64,000 bases of DNA from contig OZ242029.1 in assembly GCA_965205015.1 (NCBI GenBank), forward strand, positions 1,024,001 to 1,088,000, read 5' to 3'. Source of the stretch: Candidatus Poribacteria bacterium. Its GTDB lineage: Bacteria > Poribacteria > WGA-4E > WGA-3G. Below are positions 47,274 through 56,942 of this stretch, in pieces. The notes below the pieces were generated by a model. That model did no database searches. It had not been told where the DNA came from and saw nothing but the letters and a program-made list of their open reading frames with translations. Both the position numbers and the translations under genes were made by a program. Numbering within the stretch: position 1 is the first letter of the stretch; the number at the start of each line of letters is the position of its first letter.

Positions 47274-50213
47274 CTACAGCCTGTGTAAGGGTAAGCGGAG
47301 GATCCCGTGGTGTTCTGTGCCGATATAGAGGACGTTTCCGGCAACAGCGAGAGAAGTTACCCGTCCGGAGACTTCTGAGGCAACCTGTTCCCAGATGCCC
47401 GTCCCGTGGTCCAATCGGTAGGCACCCGCTTGGGAAACGCCGTAGAGGATTGTACCGTTGACGGTTAATTGACGCATGGGGATCGGGGCGTATCTCGAAT
47501 CGGTGAGCGTATGCCAGTTCTCACCATCGTTTGACATGACGACGCCGTCACTTGTTGAAACATAGACGGTGTCACGTACAAAGATTATCTCTTTGAAGTG
47601 TGGTAACTTCCTTAGGAGTTGGTCCTGGGACGCTGCCCTATTTAGCCGAAAGGGGAAATCTGCCGTAATATCTTTCCAAGTGTCTCCGCCATCCAGAGAT
47701 TGGAAGAGGCTGCCGTCGCTTTTTCCGAGATAGATAACCTTCCCTGAAACAGCGAATTGGAAACCGTCGGTGGCATAGAAGTCAGCGAATACGGGAGCAT
47801 CTGGCATGTCGATGTCGCGCCATTCGCGGTCGCCGCGGGTCCATCGGTAGAGTTTTCGTTCGTATTCGATGTAGAACGTCCCGTCGCTCACGGCGAACTC
47901 GCCTGTCGTTCTCACAACGGCTTCTTCGATACCGCGTTGATAGTGCGCCAGAACTGTTTGATCTCTTGCTTGAAGTCCAAGGGCAGCTGCAGTCCCGATT
48001 GTTTTCTCCAGCCATTCACCGTGGCCTGAATCTACATAAACCGGCATGCCCTGAATATGAAAGAACGTATCCGTACGCGGCGGTAAATGGAGCAGGCAGT
48101 TTGTGCTGCCCCCCTGATTTGTTCTGACGTAAAGTGAATTGTCCACGGCTGTCAGATTCGACAACTTCAAGTCCCCGAGCGATTTATTTGGCGGGAGTGG
48201 CAGATGCGTGTCAATCTGCATCCATCGGCTCCCACCATCAACGGATTTAGCGACACCTGTCTTGGTTACGGCGTAAAGGGTGTTGTTAGCGTGGACGAGA
48301 TCAAGGATATGGAGTTCTGACATGCCTGCTGTGAATAGATGCCAACTGCCACCCGCATCAATAGAACGTTTCACATCGCCCATTGTAGAAATGAAAAAAG
48401 TCTCCTCATCCAAAGCGGCGGCTGGGAGCATACTTAACATAAACGCTTCTTTCTGAAAACCGAGATACTCCCATGTGTCCCCTGTATCTCTTGAGCGTAA
48501 CACACCAACACCAAGGACCAAGACGGTTTCACCTACCGCCACAAGTTTGACGGATCCAACCGTTAGCGGCGATAGGCCTATGCGCAGATCTGTGGGGGTT
48601 ATGTCGGTCCACGACGCTCCGAAATCGCTTGAGGCAAAAATCGAACCCGATTCCTGACCTTTTTCTTTTCCAGCAGTGAGATAAATTCTATCGCCAGCGA
48701 CTGCTAACGCGTCAATAGATTGTGCCTGGGCGACGGGCAACTTCTCCCATACACCCGAATTGCGTCGATAGAGGCCCTGCTTTGTCCCTAAAAAGAGTAC
48801 GTTTTCAACAACAACGGCATTTTGTATTTTCGGTGCGTTCAAACCCTCGTTGCAAGCGTGCCATGTAGTGCCAACATCCGTTGAACGAAATACACCGTCT
48901 GCGAGGACGAGGTACATTTCAGTCTCGGCATTCTGTGACCAGCGTAACCTGCTGGGGATAAGGAGTGCGATGGCGCGTCCGGGTGGACGTGAACCGAGAG
49001 GCTGCCATGTCGTGCCGCGATCGGTTGACGTGAGCAGGTCGGTCTCCGTAACAATATAGAGGACATCCTTGCCTTCTGCCATGGGCATACCGTGATTCGT
49101 AAAAGGGAGGGCAGCGCTGACGAGTGTCCATTCCGTGCTATCTTTGTCTGCCAATCGGTAGAGTCGGGTACCTCCAAGCGCATAGACTTCCTTTTGCGAT
49201 GTAACAAAGAGGTTTCCGACCGTCGCGCCTCCGGGTCCCTTCGCCGGAACCCACTGCGGATCTTCTGTCTTTGGTACCTCCGTTGTATCTGCTTGTGCTG
49301 CTGCCAATAGTCCGGTATCGACCCTCGGCACAGTGCCTTTGCCGCGTCCCTCAACATCGGTATTGCCAAATCGATTCTTGACATCCGGCTTCCGGTTGAG
49401 GTCCAACACCACGGGTGTGTCAACGAGTTCAATTGTCATTTCGGATGTTGCGTTCAAGTTATAGGGCTGCTGGAAACGGGATAATGTACGGGGACCGAAC
49501 CCCATCATTAGGATGACCAGAAACGTTGCGGAGAAAGAGAGGGTCCACGGCACCCATGGTTTACTCACGGAAGGTGTCATGGGTCTGATGCGGGCGATCT
49601 CCTTGATGATGTTTTCAGTTAAGGTTGGCGGGAGTTGGAAGACGCCTGAGACTTCGTGGAGCAGGTGTTCTTGCTTTTCTAATCGCTTGCGGGCGCGGCG
49701 GAGTCGACTCCTAATCGTGTTGGGCGACACCCCCAAAAACGTGCTGATTTCGTCACTCGTCATCTCCGCGAGATAGTAAAGCGTTACGACAGTGCGTTCG
49801 CTCTCTGGCAGTCTTTGAAGCAAGCGTTTGACGAGTTCGCGCCGGTGTTCAAGAGATACTTCTTCGCCATACGCCGTCTCATATTGCGTATAGCATAACT
49901 CCTCTAACTCAGTCGTGGGCATCGCATCCAAGGAGGTCGTCGGTTGCCGCTTCTTTCGGAGCCACGTCATGCAGTGGCGCGTTGCGATGACATAGAGCCA
50001 CCCTGGAAAATTCTCTGGGGGTTTTAGGGTCGATAACTTTTTGTAAACCTTCAAGAAAACATCTTGCGTGATTTCCTCTGCGATGTGAAAATCCCCAATC
50101 TTCCGCCAGACAAGCGTGTGAACCCATTTCTGATATTTGTTCACGAGCGCGGTAAATGCGCGCTCGTCTCCCTCCAAAGTCAGTTGAATTAGGTCGATGT
50201 CATTCTCTTTCAT
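47274..50213 (-). CDS. ECF sigma-70 factor fused through a TM segment to a BNR beta-propeller domain
   Basis: Region 2 (GD..AF..LV..YQ; AEEITQDVFL; WLY.IA) and region 4 (LPESERTV.TLYY; EIS.FLGVS.NTI.SRL.RAR.RL); hydrophobic PW...FLVILMMG; Asp-box repeats. Confidence 0.92.
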   Translation of the reverse strand: MKENDIDLIQLTLEGDERAFTALVNKYQKWVHTLVWRKIGDFHIAEEITQDVFLKVYKKLSTLKPPENFPGWLYVIATRHCMTWLRKKRQPTTSLDAMPTTELEELCYTQYETAYGEEVSLEHRRELVKRLLQRLPESERTVVTLYYLAEMTSDEISTFLGVSPNTIRSRLRRARKRLEKQEHLLHEVSGVFQLPPTLTENIIKEIARIRPMTPSVSKPWVPWTLSFSATFLVILMMGFGPRTLSRFQQPYNLNATSEMTIELVDTPVVLDLNRKPDVKNRFGNTDVEGRGKGTVPRVDTGLLAAAQADTTEVPKTEDPQWVPAKGPGGATVGNLFVTSQKEVYALGGTRLYRLADKDSTEWTLVSAALPFTNHGMPMAEGKDVLYIVTETDLLTSTDRGTTWQPLGSRPPGRAIALLIPSRLRWSQNAETEMYLVLADGVFRSTDVGTTWHACNEGLNAPKIQNAVVVENVLFLGTKQGLYRRNSGVWEKLPVAQAQSIDALAVAGDRIYLTAGKEKGQESGSIFASSDFGASWTDITPTDLRIGLSPLTVGSVKLVAVGETVLVLGVGVLRSRDTGDTWEYLGFQKEAFMLSMLPAAALDEETFFISTMGDVKRSIDAGGSWHLFTAGMSELHILDLVHANNTLYAVTKTGVAKSVDGGSRWMQIDTHLPLPPNKSLGDLKLSNLTAVDNSLYVRTNQGGSTNCLLHLPPRTDTFFHIQGMPVYVDSGHGEWLEKTIGTAAALGLQARDQTVLAHYQRGIEEAVVRTTGEFAVSDGTFYIEYERKLYRWTRGDREWRDIDMPDAPVFADFYATDGFQFAVSGKVIYLGKSDGSLFQSLDGGDTWKDITADFPFRLNRAASQDQLLRKLPHFKEIIFVRDTVYVSTSDGVVMSNDGENWHTLTDSRYAPIPMRQLTVNGTILYGVSQAGAYRLDHGTGIWEQVASEVSGRVTSLAVAGNVLYIGTEHHGILRLPLHRL

Positions 50214-50431
50214 CCGTCTCCCTCCAAAATGAAAAATCAGGCTTCATGATATAGTAACGCCTATTGGAGACCGAAATGGTGCATAAAATGCAATTTCCAG
50301 GGGAAATAAGAGTCGGGAATCGGAGTTCCCTCCTACAAGAATGGCAGTCGGTCCGTCGGAAACCGTCGGCGGTCAGCAAGAGGACATCCTTAAACGAAGA
50401 CCTCTTCGCCGATCGCCAATATTGTTTAGAC

Positions 50432-50460
50432 TTGACAGAAGGGCGTAGAAATGCTATGCT
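50432..50460 (+). promoter_or_regulatory. Strong sigma70-like promoter pointing antisense into the cytochrome c gene
   Basis: TTGACA-17 bp-TATGCT with TG extension; no credible plus-strand gene until 51126. Confidence 0.5.
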
Positions 50461-50472
50461 ACGGTAATACTA

Positions 50473-51000
50473 CTAATTATTCTGGGCACCTTCATCGATC
50501 CAATCAATGAACAGTTTGACCTGGGCAGCGTTTAAAGGTGGGGGGATGGGAGGCATACCGCCGCCATCAATGCGCCCGACAACAAGACTTCCTTTACCAT
50601 CGCCGGCGGCAAACGCGGGACCCCCGTTTCCGCCTTTTTTGAAGGTATCGTATGTGGTGAGATCAAGCCCTCTTGCTGCACCGGCTGCAGCGTGGCACCC
50701 TGGAATAGCACAGCGTTCAGCGAGTATCGGCTGAATGTCGTCCTTGAAGGAAATTCCTGCAACAACCGGCTCTTCAACGACGGGTTGTTCAACAACCCCA
50801 GGCTGTGGCGTTTGAGTTGCCGGAGGCGTTGTAGTGGGTTGGAGGACATCCGTCATACCGGGGGAGTCGTCGGTGATGTCGCCTTCGTCGCCGCAGCTGG
50901 CGATGAAGATGGAAGTGAGAAAGACGCTAAGAGCGAGGATAGGAATAGAAACGGAACGGACGTATTTTCTACGTGTATCTATAAAAGATGAAGTCATCAC
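50473..51000 (-). CDS. Lipoprotein with planctomycete-type cytochrome c domain (CX4CH)
   Basis: Lipobox FIASC; Pro/Thr linker; SF..DIQPIL..RCAIPGCH; S.L..RI...MP; WI.EGA..N. Confidence 0.85.
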   Translation of the reverse strand: MMTSSFIDTRRKYVRSVSIPILALSVFLTSIFIASCGDEGDITDDSPGMTDVLQPTTTPPATQTPQPGVVEQPVVEEPVVAGISFKDDIQPILAERCAIPGCHAAAGAARGLDLTTYDTFKKGGNGGPAFAAGDGKGSLVVGRIDGGGMPPIPPPLNAAQVKLFIDWIDEGAQNN

Positions 51001-51125
51001 GACAGGATTCTCCTTTTTTGAGAAATGTGTTTTTTAGTGTAACTTGTAAGTTAAAGCCTGCTGTTAAATGCGCAGGAATCTCGTTATTTCGTATATAGAA
51101 TATCACGATCCAAGGGAGATGTCAA

Positions 51126-52070
51126 ATGAAAATTTTGATTAACACTGATATTACATCGGAACAGCAGCAGCAGATCGCATCGGTCTCTGATGACCTTTCG
51201 CTTGTGCTTCCGCAGAATTCAGAAGCGGCACTGCGCGAAATCGTAGACACCGATATTGTGCTGGGTGGTTTCAACCGCTCGCTTTTTGAGAATGCGGAAC
51301 AGTTGAAATGGGTGCAAGTGCTTTCGGCGGGCGTTGACGGGTTGCTGTTTCCAGCGTTTGTGGAAAGCGATGTTATCCTCACGAGTGCGAAAGGGTTTGT
51401 CGGTCCACATCTGGCAGATCAAGCGTGGGCTTTACTTCTCGGCTTGCTCCGAGGTGTCGGACGTTCGGTGCGCGAGCGGACGTGGGAGAATCGGATGTCG
51501 ATCCGCCTGGCGACGTGGGAATTGAGCGAACGGACGTTAGGGATTGTCGGACTCGGTGGCACGGGGATTGACGTCGCGCGTCGGGCACAAGGGTTTGATA
51601 TGCGCGTCATCGCTGTGGATCCAGAGGCGGTTGAGGCACCCTCGTTTGTTCATGAAGTCTGGAAGATGGACCGGTTCCATGATCTCCTTGCGGCATCAGA
51701 TGTCGTTGCTATCTGTGCACCCCTGACCCCGGAGACGGACGGTATGTTCGATGATGCGGCATTTGAACAGATGCAATCGCATGCACTGCTTATCAACGTC
51801 ACGCGCGGCAAGATTGTAGATGGACCGGCGCTCCTCCGGGCACTCACTTCAGGGAGTATCGGCGGCGCGGGGTTGGATGTTACGCCTGAGGAACCGCTGC
51901 CGACAGAGAGTCCGCTATGGGATCTGCCGAATGTGATTATTACGCCACACGTTGCCGGTGGCTCACCGATCCGCTTGGACCGGAGTGTTGGGCTCTTCTG
52001 TGATAATCTGGAACGGCTTCTCGTTGGGAAACCGCTCCTGAGTGTGATTGACAAAGAGAAAGGGTATTAA
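51126..52070 (+). CDS. D-isomer-specific 2-hydroxyacid dehydrogenase
   Basis: SAGVD; GLGGTG; PLTPET; INVTRG; LDV..EEP; TPHVAG. Confidence 0.93.
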   Translation: MKILINTDITSEQQQQIASVSDDLSLVLPQNSEAALREIVDTDIVLGGFNRSLFENAEQLKWVQVLSAGVDGLLFPAFVESDVILTSAKGFVGPHLADQAWALLLGLLRGVGRSVRERTWENRMSIRLATWELSERTLGIVGLGGTGIDVARRAQGFDMRVIAVDPEAVEAPSFVHEVWKMDRFHDLLAASDVVAICAPLTPETDGMFDDAAFEQMQSHALLINVTRGKIVDGPALLRALTSGSIGGAGLDVTPEEPLPTESPLWDLPNVIITPHVAGGSPIRLDRSVGLFCDNLERLLVGKPLLSVIDKEKGY

Positions 52071-52080
52071 GATACCAAGG

Positions 52081-52113
52081 GTATGGGCGAGTTCTACGGA
52101 AACTCGCCCATAC
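52081..52113. terminator. 13-bp perfect hairpin between convergent genes (bidirectional terminator or REP-like)
   Basis: GTATGGGCGAGTT / AACTCGCCCATAC. Confidence 0.65.
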
Positions 52114-52125
52114 GTTCCTCTCATT

Positions 52126-53136
52126 TTAGTCCATATCAGCGATTTTAACGAGCTGCTTCCCGATATTGCCGCCTTTTAGCATACTAATGAACGCCGCTGG
52201 CGCGCTTTCGATACCGCCTTCCTCAATCGTCTCACGGTATTTCAATTTACCCTGTCGGAACCACCCCGACATCTCAACGAGTGCCGCCGCATGCCGATCG
52301 CCGAACTCGGAGACGAGGAAGCCTTCGATCCTCGCGCGCTTGGTGATCATATGCCAGAGGAAACGCGGTCCTGTCTCCGGTTTCTCTAAGTTATACTGTG
52401 AAATCTGTCCACAAATGACGACGCGCCCCTTGATTCTTAGATTAAGGAAAACGGCGTCCGTAATGGCGCCACCGACGTTGTCAAAATAGACATCAATGCC
52501 ATCAGGAAGGAGTTCCTGAAGTTTCTCGTGATAATCGTCAACCTCTTTATAATTAAAAGCATCATCAAAGCCGAGTTCATCAACAATGTAAGCGACTTTT
52601 TCATCAGTTCCCGCGGAACCGACAACTCGACACCCCTTGATTTTTGCGATCTGTCCGACGACGGAACCGACTGCACCAGCGGCGCCAGAGACAAACACCG
52701 TCTCCCGTTCTTGAAGTTTGCCAACCTCAAGCAAGCCGAAGTAGGCTGTTAGACCGGGCATACCGAGAAGCCCGGCACCCGTTGAGATAGGTCCGATTGT
52801 CGGATCAATCTTCCTTAAGCCATCACCGGCAGCAACGCCGTATTCCTGCCATCCGATCCCCGCGTTGACGATATCACCTGCCGCAAAATTTGGATGCTCT
52901 GATTCAATCACCTGAGCGATCACACTACCGACCATAATTTCATCAATCTCCACATTGGCGGCATAAGATTTCGCGGCATTAATCCGTCCCCGCATATAGG
53001 GATCAACCGAGAGGTAGAGGGTCTTAACCAATACCTCGCCCTCTCCAGGCGTTGGAATCGGCACCTCAACCAAGTTAAAGTCCGACGCCTTTGGATACCC
53101 TACCGGTCGAGAAGCGAGGGTAATTTGACGATTCAT
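52126..53136 (-). CDS. NADP-dependent alkenal/double-bond reductase (CurA/PTGR1-like MDR)
   Basis: YLSVDPYMRGR; GMPGLTAYFG; SGAAGAVG; YFDNVGG; CG.IS.YN; G.N.GK. Confidence 0.93.
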   Translation of the reverse strand: MNRQITLASRPVGYPKASDFNLVEVPIPTPGEGEVLVKTLYLSVDPYMRGRINAAKSYAANVEIDEIMVGSVIAQVIESEHPNFAAGDIVNAGIGWQEYGVAAGDGLRKIDPTIGPISTGAGLLGMPGLTAYFGLLEVGKLQERETVFVSGAAGAVGSVVGQIAKIKGCRVVGSAGTDEKVAYIVDELGFDDAFNYKEVDDYHEKLQELLPDGIDVYFDNVGGAITDAVFLNLRIKGRVVICGQISQYNLEKPETGPRFLWHMITKRARIEGFLVSEFGDRHAAALVEMSGWFRQGKLKYRETIEEGGIESAPAAFISMLKGGNIGKQLVKIADMD

Positions 53137-53227
53137 TTAACGTTTCTCCTTTTTTCGTAACTGTCAGCCGTTGGCTTTCGGCTGTCAGCAAAGAGGTTTT
53201 TGATAGACAACCATCTATACGCGTTGT

Positions 53228-53953
53228 TTAGTCCCTGTTGTTAAATTGGACAGGATCTTCACCGTGAACGACGATAAGTTCGTGCTGTGGCGCGTCCCAA
53301 TCGAAAACTTTGACAATCGGCAGGATGACCCGGACGGCTAAACCGATACGCCGTTTATCAGAGCGATTCGCTTCCGAGTGATGCAAGGTGCGCTCATTAA
53401 AGAGGACAAATTCACCGGGTTGCATCTCAAGGTTGACAATAGTGCTGGTATCAATGAACCCAAGATCCCCCATCTGATTGAATGCCATATCCGAGGTCGC
53501 TTTCACGTGCGGCACGACTTTTCGGTGTGAGCCGGGAACGATTTGGAGACAACTATTTTCCAACGTTGCCGAATCGACAGCGATCCACGCAGAAATAATA
53601 ATAGGCGGTTCAAGGGGCCAATAGTTGAAGTCTTGATGCCACGGAATCTCTTTCGCGCCCGGTTCCTTGATGAAAAAGTTCGTCCGCCAGAGCAGAAGAT
53701 CGGGGCCGTAGAGGGATGCCATCCGCTTGATGATAGCCGGATGCGTGGCGAGATCGTGAATTAATACAGCGTCAAGATGGCGATTATGCTCGAGTTGGTT
53801 GTGATCCGGCGGTGGTGTCTCAAGTATCTTCTCGATTTCCGAATGCATGGTGAGCATTTCTTCAGAACTACAAAGTTCGTAAGGACCGAGGTAGCCCTGC
53901 CGCCAAAACTGTTCCTTTTCTTCGGCACTCAACGCCTGATTTCCGTTCTGCAT
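53228..53953 (-). CDS. Phytanoyl-CoA dioxygenase (PhyH)-family Fe(II)/2OG dioxygenase
   Basis: PWHQD..YW; WIA.D.AT.EN; PGSH; H.S..N.S..RR. Confidence 0.92.
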   Translation of the reverse strand: MQNGNQALSAEEKEQFWRQGYLGPYELCSSEEMLTMHSEIEKILETPPPDHNQLEHNRHLDAVLIHDLATHPAIIKRMASLYGPDLLLWRTNFFIKEPGAKEIPWHQDFNYWPLEPPIIISAWIAVDSATLENSCLQIVPGSHRKVVPHVKATSDMAFNQMGDLGFIDTSTIVNLEMQPGEFVLFNERTLHHSEANRSDKRRIGLAVRVILPIVKVFDWDAPQHELIVVHGEDPVQFNNRD

Positions 53954-53987
53954 CTTGTATAAAATCCTTTTTTAAAAATTCGCCATA

Positions 53988-55019
53988 CTATTGCTGACAG
54001 ACATGCACTTTAACGGCACCGGAGGTCTTATCGGCAGACACTCGGAACGCTTCGACGATCTCCTCAAGTGGATAGGAGTGTGTCACCAATTTTGTCGCAT
54101 CGACCTTGCCGGAGTCAATCAACTCAATTGCCGCCTCAAAGTCGGTCTCCATTCCACTATAACCGTAGCAGTTAGACCCTGTAACGAATGCTTCTGACCA
54201 GACGATCTTGGAAAGATCCACTTCAAGCGGTTTGTAGTATCCTGCGACGAGGACAACAGCTCCCTGTTTCCGAACGATATTCATAGCGGTGTCAAAGTTT
54301 TCCCCACCGCCTACGGTTTCAACCACTGCGTCAAAACCGATGCCGTTTGTGGCATCCTTGACGTATTCTCGGACATCAGTGTCGCTGATGTTGACGACAT
54401 GATCTGCACCGAGGGCTTTTGCCAGTTCTGCTTGCTGCTCGTACTTGACGGTAATCAACGTCTCTTTCACACCCGCGGCGACTGCGTCCGCTAAAGCGAA
54501 TTGTCCGATCGTCCCGCCGCCGATAATTGCGACTGTATCTCTGGAATTGGCACCTGTCCGGGCGATAGCGCGATGTGAGACGGCGAGCGGTTCAACGAGT
54601 GCACCCTGCTCAAACGTCATGTCTTTCGGTAATTTAAACAATCCAGACTGGTGCGCCGAGGTGTATTCAGCAAACCCGCCGTGCATACTCGGTGAGACCC
54701 CGGTCCTATTGACGCAGAGATTATACTGTCCGGTCTCACAATACTTGCAGACGCCGCAGTGCGCAAAACATTCCACGGCGACCTTGTCGCCAAGGTCAAA
54801 TTTCGTTACACCCTCGCCGAGTGCCACGACTACACCACATGTCTCATGCCCTGCAGCGTATTCGTGCGATTGCCCCCAATTCCCGTAATAACTGTGCAGG
54901 TCACTTCCGCAGATACCCGTCTGTTTTGTATCAACGAGGACAAAGCCCGGAGGTGGTTCGTCCCGTTCAACTTCACGTATCTCAATTCCTTCAATGCCTG
55001 TGTAGATAGCAGCTTTCAT
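53988..55019 (-). CDS. Zinc-dependent alcohol/polyol dehydrogenase
   Basis: GICGSD.H; GHE; C..C..C..G..N.C; EPL; GGGTIG. Confidence 0.93.
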   Translation of the reverse strand: MKAAIYTGIEGIEIREVERDEPPPGFVLVDTKQTGICGSDLHSYYGNWGQSHEYAAGHETCGVVVALGEGVTKFDLGDKVAVECFAHCGVCKYCETGQYNLCVNRTGVSPSMHGGFAEYTSAHQSGLFKLPKDMTFEQGALVEPLAVSHRAIARTGANSRDTVAIIGGGTIGQFALADAVAAGVKETLITVKYEQQAELAKALGADHVVNISDTDVREYVKDATNGIGFDAVVETVGGGENFDTAMNIVRKQGAVVLVAGYYKPLEVDLSKIVWSEAFVTGSNCYGYSGMETDFEAAIELIDSGKVDATKLVTHSYPLEEIVEAFRVSADKTSGAVKVHVCQQ

Positions 55020-55021
55020 TC

Positions 55022-56665
55022 TCATGACAGTTTCTCCTTTGTTTCTGCACTTAGCAGTTGTTTACGGAGTGCTTGCTTATCAGATTTTCCGACGCTCGTT
55101 TTCGGGATTTCATCAACAACGATAAACCGATCAGGAATCCAGAATTTCGGAAATTCTGGGATGAGATGTTGTTTGAGGATGACCGCGATGTCCGTATCGG
55201 TGCGGTTAGAAACCGCACCTACCGGTGTAAGGACGACGACGGCGAGTGGACGTTCACCCCACTCCTCATCCGGCACACCGATAACTGCCGCTTCAAGAAC
55301 GGACGGGTGCTTTAGGAGTGAGGTTTCTAAGGCAACACTTGAAATAGACTCTCCACCACTTCGGATGAGCGCCTTCGCGCGGTCCACAATCTGCACGTAA
55401 CCCTCTACGTCAATAGTGGCGACATCTCCCGTGCGTAACCACCCGTCGGCGGTGAAATGTTCTGTCGTCGGCTCCGTATTGTAGTAACGACTCGCCGTCC
55501 ATGGACTCCGCACTTGTAGTTCCCCGACTCTCTCGCCATTCCAAGGAAGTTTCGCGAAACCGTTAGATGTTTCAGCGGCGAGGCGGAGTTCAACACCCGG
55601 TATCGGTCTGCCTTGCTTCGCTTTAATTCGCCATTTTTCAGCCTCCGACAAATTTTGATGTGCGCCACGCAGTTTCGAGAACGTACCCGTCGGTGACATC
55701 TCTGTCATTCCCCACGCGTGGCACACCTCAACACCGAGATTCTTTTCGTATGCCTCAATGAGTGTCGGAGGCATCGCCTCACCGCCGACGATCAACCGTC
55801 GCAACGTGAAGATGTCCTGTTTCCTTTTCAATAATTCGGGATACGCCTTTGCCCAGATCGTCGGGACCCCAGCAGCAACGGTGACACCTGTCTCGGCGAT
55901 GAGGTCCGCGAGGGAGCCGGGCTTGGCACCGGGGAGCACTATATCCGCACCGGCGAACATAGTGGCGTAGGGCAATCCCCACGCCATCGCATGGAACATC
56001 GGGACGAGCGGCATCACGACATCCGCCTCTGTTAATCCGAAGACATCGGCTTGATTCACGGCAAGCGTGTGAAGAAACATGGATCGATGGGTATAGAGGA
56101 CGCCTCTCGGTTCCCCTTGCGTCCCACTGGTGTAACAAAGCCCCATTGCCCAGTTTTCGTCACGGATATTCCACGAATAGACAGGCTCGGCTTCAGAGAG
56201 TAACCGCTCATAAGCAACACCCGGATGCGTGGAACCCGGATGAAAGTGGACAACTTGTTTACATCCAATCCTCTTTTGAAGTTCGTCAAACGACTCGGCA
56301 AATGCATCGTCCACAAATATAACTTTGTCCTCTGCCTGGCGCACGATCCGCGCCAATTGAACGGCAGTGAGCCGCACATTGAGCGGATGTAGCACAGCAC
56401 CGATGCATGGAACCGCATAGTAGAGTTCGAGATGCTGGTAGGTATTGGAAGCGTACGTCCCTACTCTGTCACCCGGCTTTATACGCCCTAATTGCGTGAG
56501 AGCGTTCGCCAACCGTTTTACGCGCTCGTATAACGCAGTATAGGTGTAACTATGAAACGTCTGATCGGGCAGCAGTGTGGTAACCCGTTTACTGCCGTGT
56601 ATATGACGCGCATGTTTCAAAATCTGCGCAAGCGTCAATGGATCATTCATCATCAAGCCGTGCAT
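55022..56665 (-). CDS. Fatty-acid--CoA ligase (AlkK/DmdB-like ANL enzyme)
   Basis: YTSGT.G.P.G; VPMFHA.AWG; WGMTEMSP; TGD; DR.K..I.SGGE; KTSVGK. Confidence 0.92.
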   Translation of the reverse strand: MHGLMMNDPLTLAQILKHARHIHGSKRVTTLLPDQTFHSYTYTALYERVKRLANALTQLGRIKPGDRVGTYASNTYQHLELYYAVPCIGAVLHPLNVRLTAVQLARIVRQAEDKVIFVDDAFAESFDELQKRIGCKQVVHFHPGSTHPGVAYERLLSEAEPVYSWNIRDENWAMGLCYTSGTQGEPRGVLYTHRSMFLHTLAVNQADVFGLTEADVVMPLVPMFHAMAWGLPYATMFAGADIVLPGAKPGSLADLIAETGVTVAAGVPTIWAKAYPELLKRKQDIFTLRRLIVGGEAMPPTLIEAYEKNLGVEVCHAWGMTEMSPTGTFSKLRGAHQNLSEAEKWRIKAKQGRPIPGVELRLAAETSNGFAKLPWNGERVGELQVRSPWTASRYYNTEPTTEHFTADGWLRTGDVATIDVEGYVQIVDRAKALIRSGGESISSVALETSLLKHPSVLEAAVIGVPDEEWGERPLAVVVLTPVGAVSNRTDTDIAVILKQHLIPEFPKFWIPDRFIVVDEIPKTSVGKSDKQALRKQLLSAETKEKLS

Positions 56666-56942
56666 ATTTTTCCCCGACCCTCACACAAACAGAAGGTATT
56701 ATCCGAATTCCTAACAAAAAATTGTCCACGTTTTGTCATGATTTTAGCACAAAAGCAGAGTTTGTGGTTAAAAAAACTGATACGCTACATTTTCCCAGCT
56801 TTAATTCGCATTTAAAAAAAAACAACAGACAATTAAACTTCATTCAACCGCGCATTTTTTATTTTTCTTGCACGTATTTGTAGAATTTGCTAAATTGACG
56901 TGAGACTTGCCCAGAACCTGAAATCCAAAGGAGAACTCTTGA

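Noticed and set aside
56100-56135. Inactivated acyl-CoA ligase (YTSGTQGEPRG instead of YTSGTTGxPKG)
   Set aside because: The substitutions are conservative and the other adenylation motifs are intact, so there is not enough evidence for loss of function.
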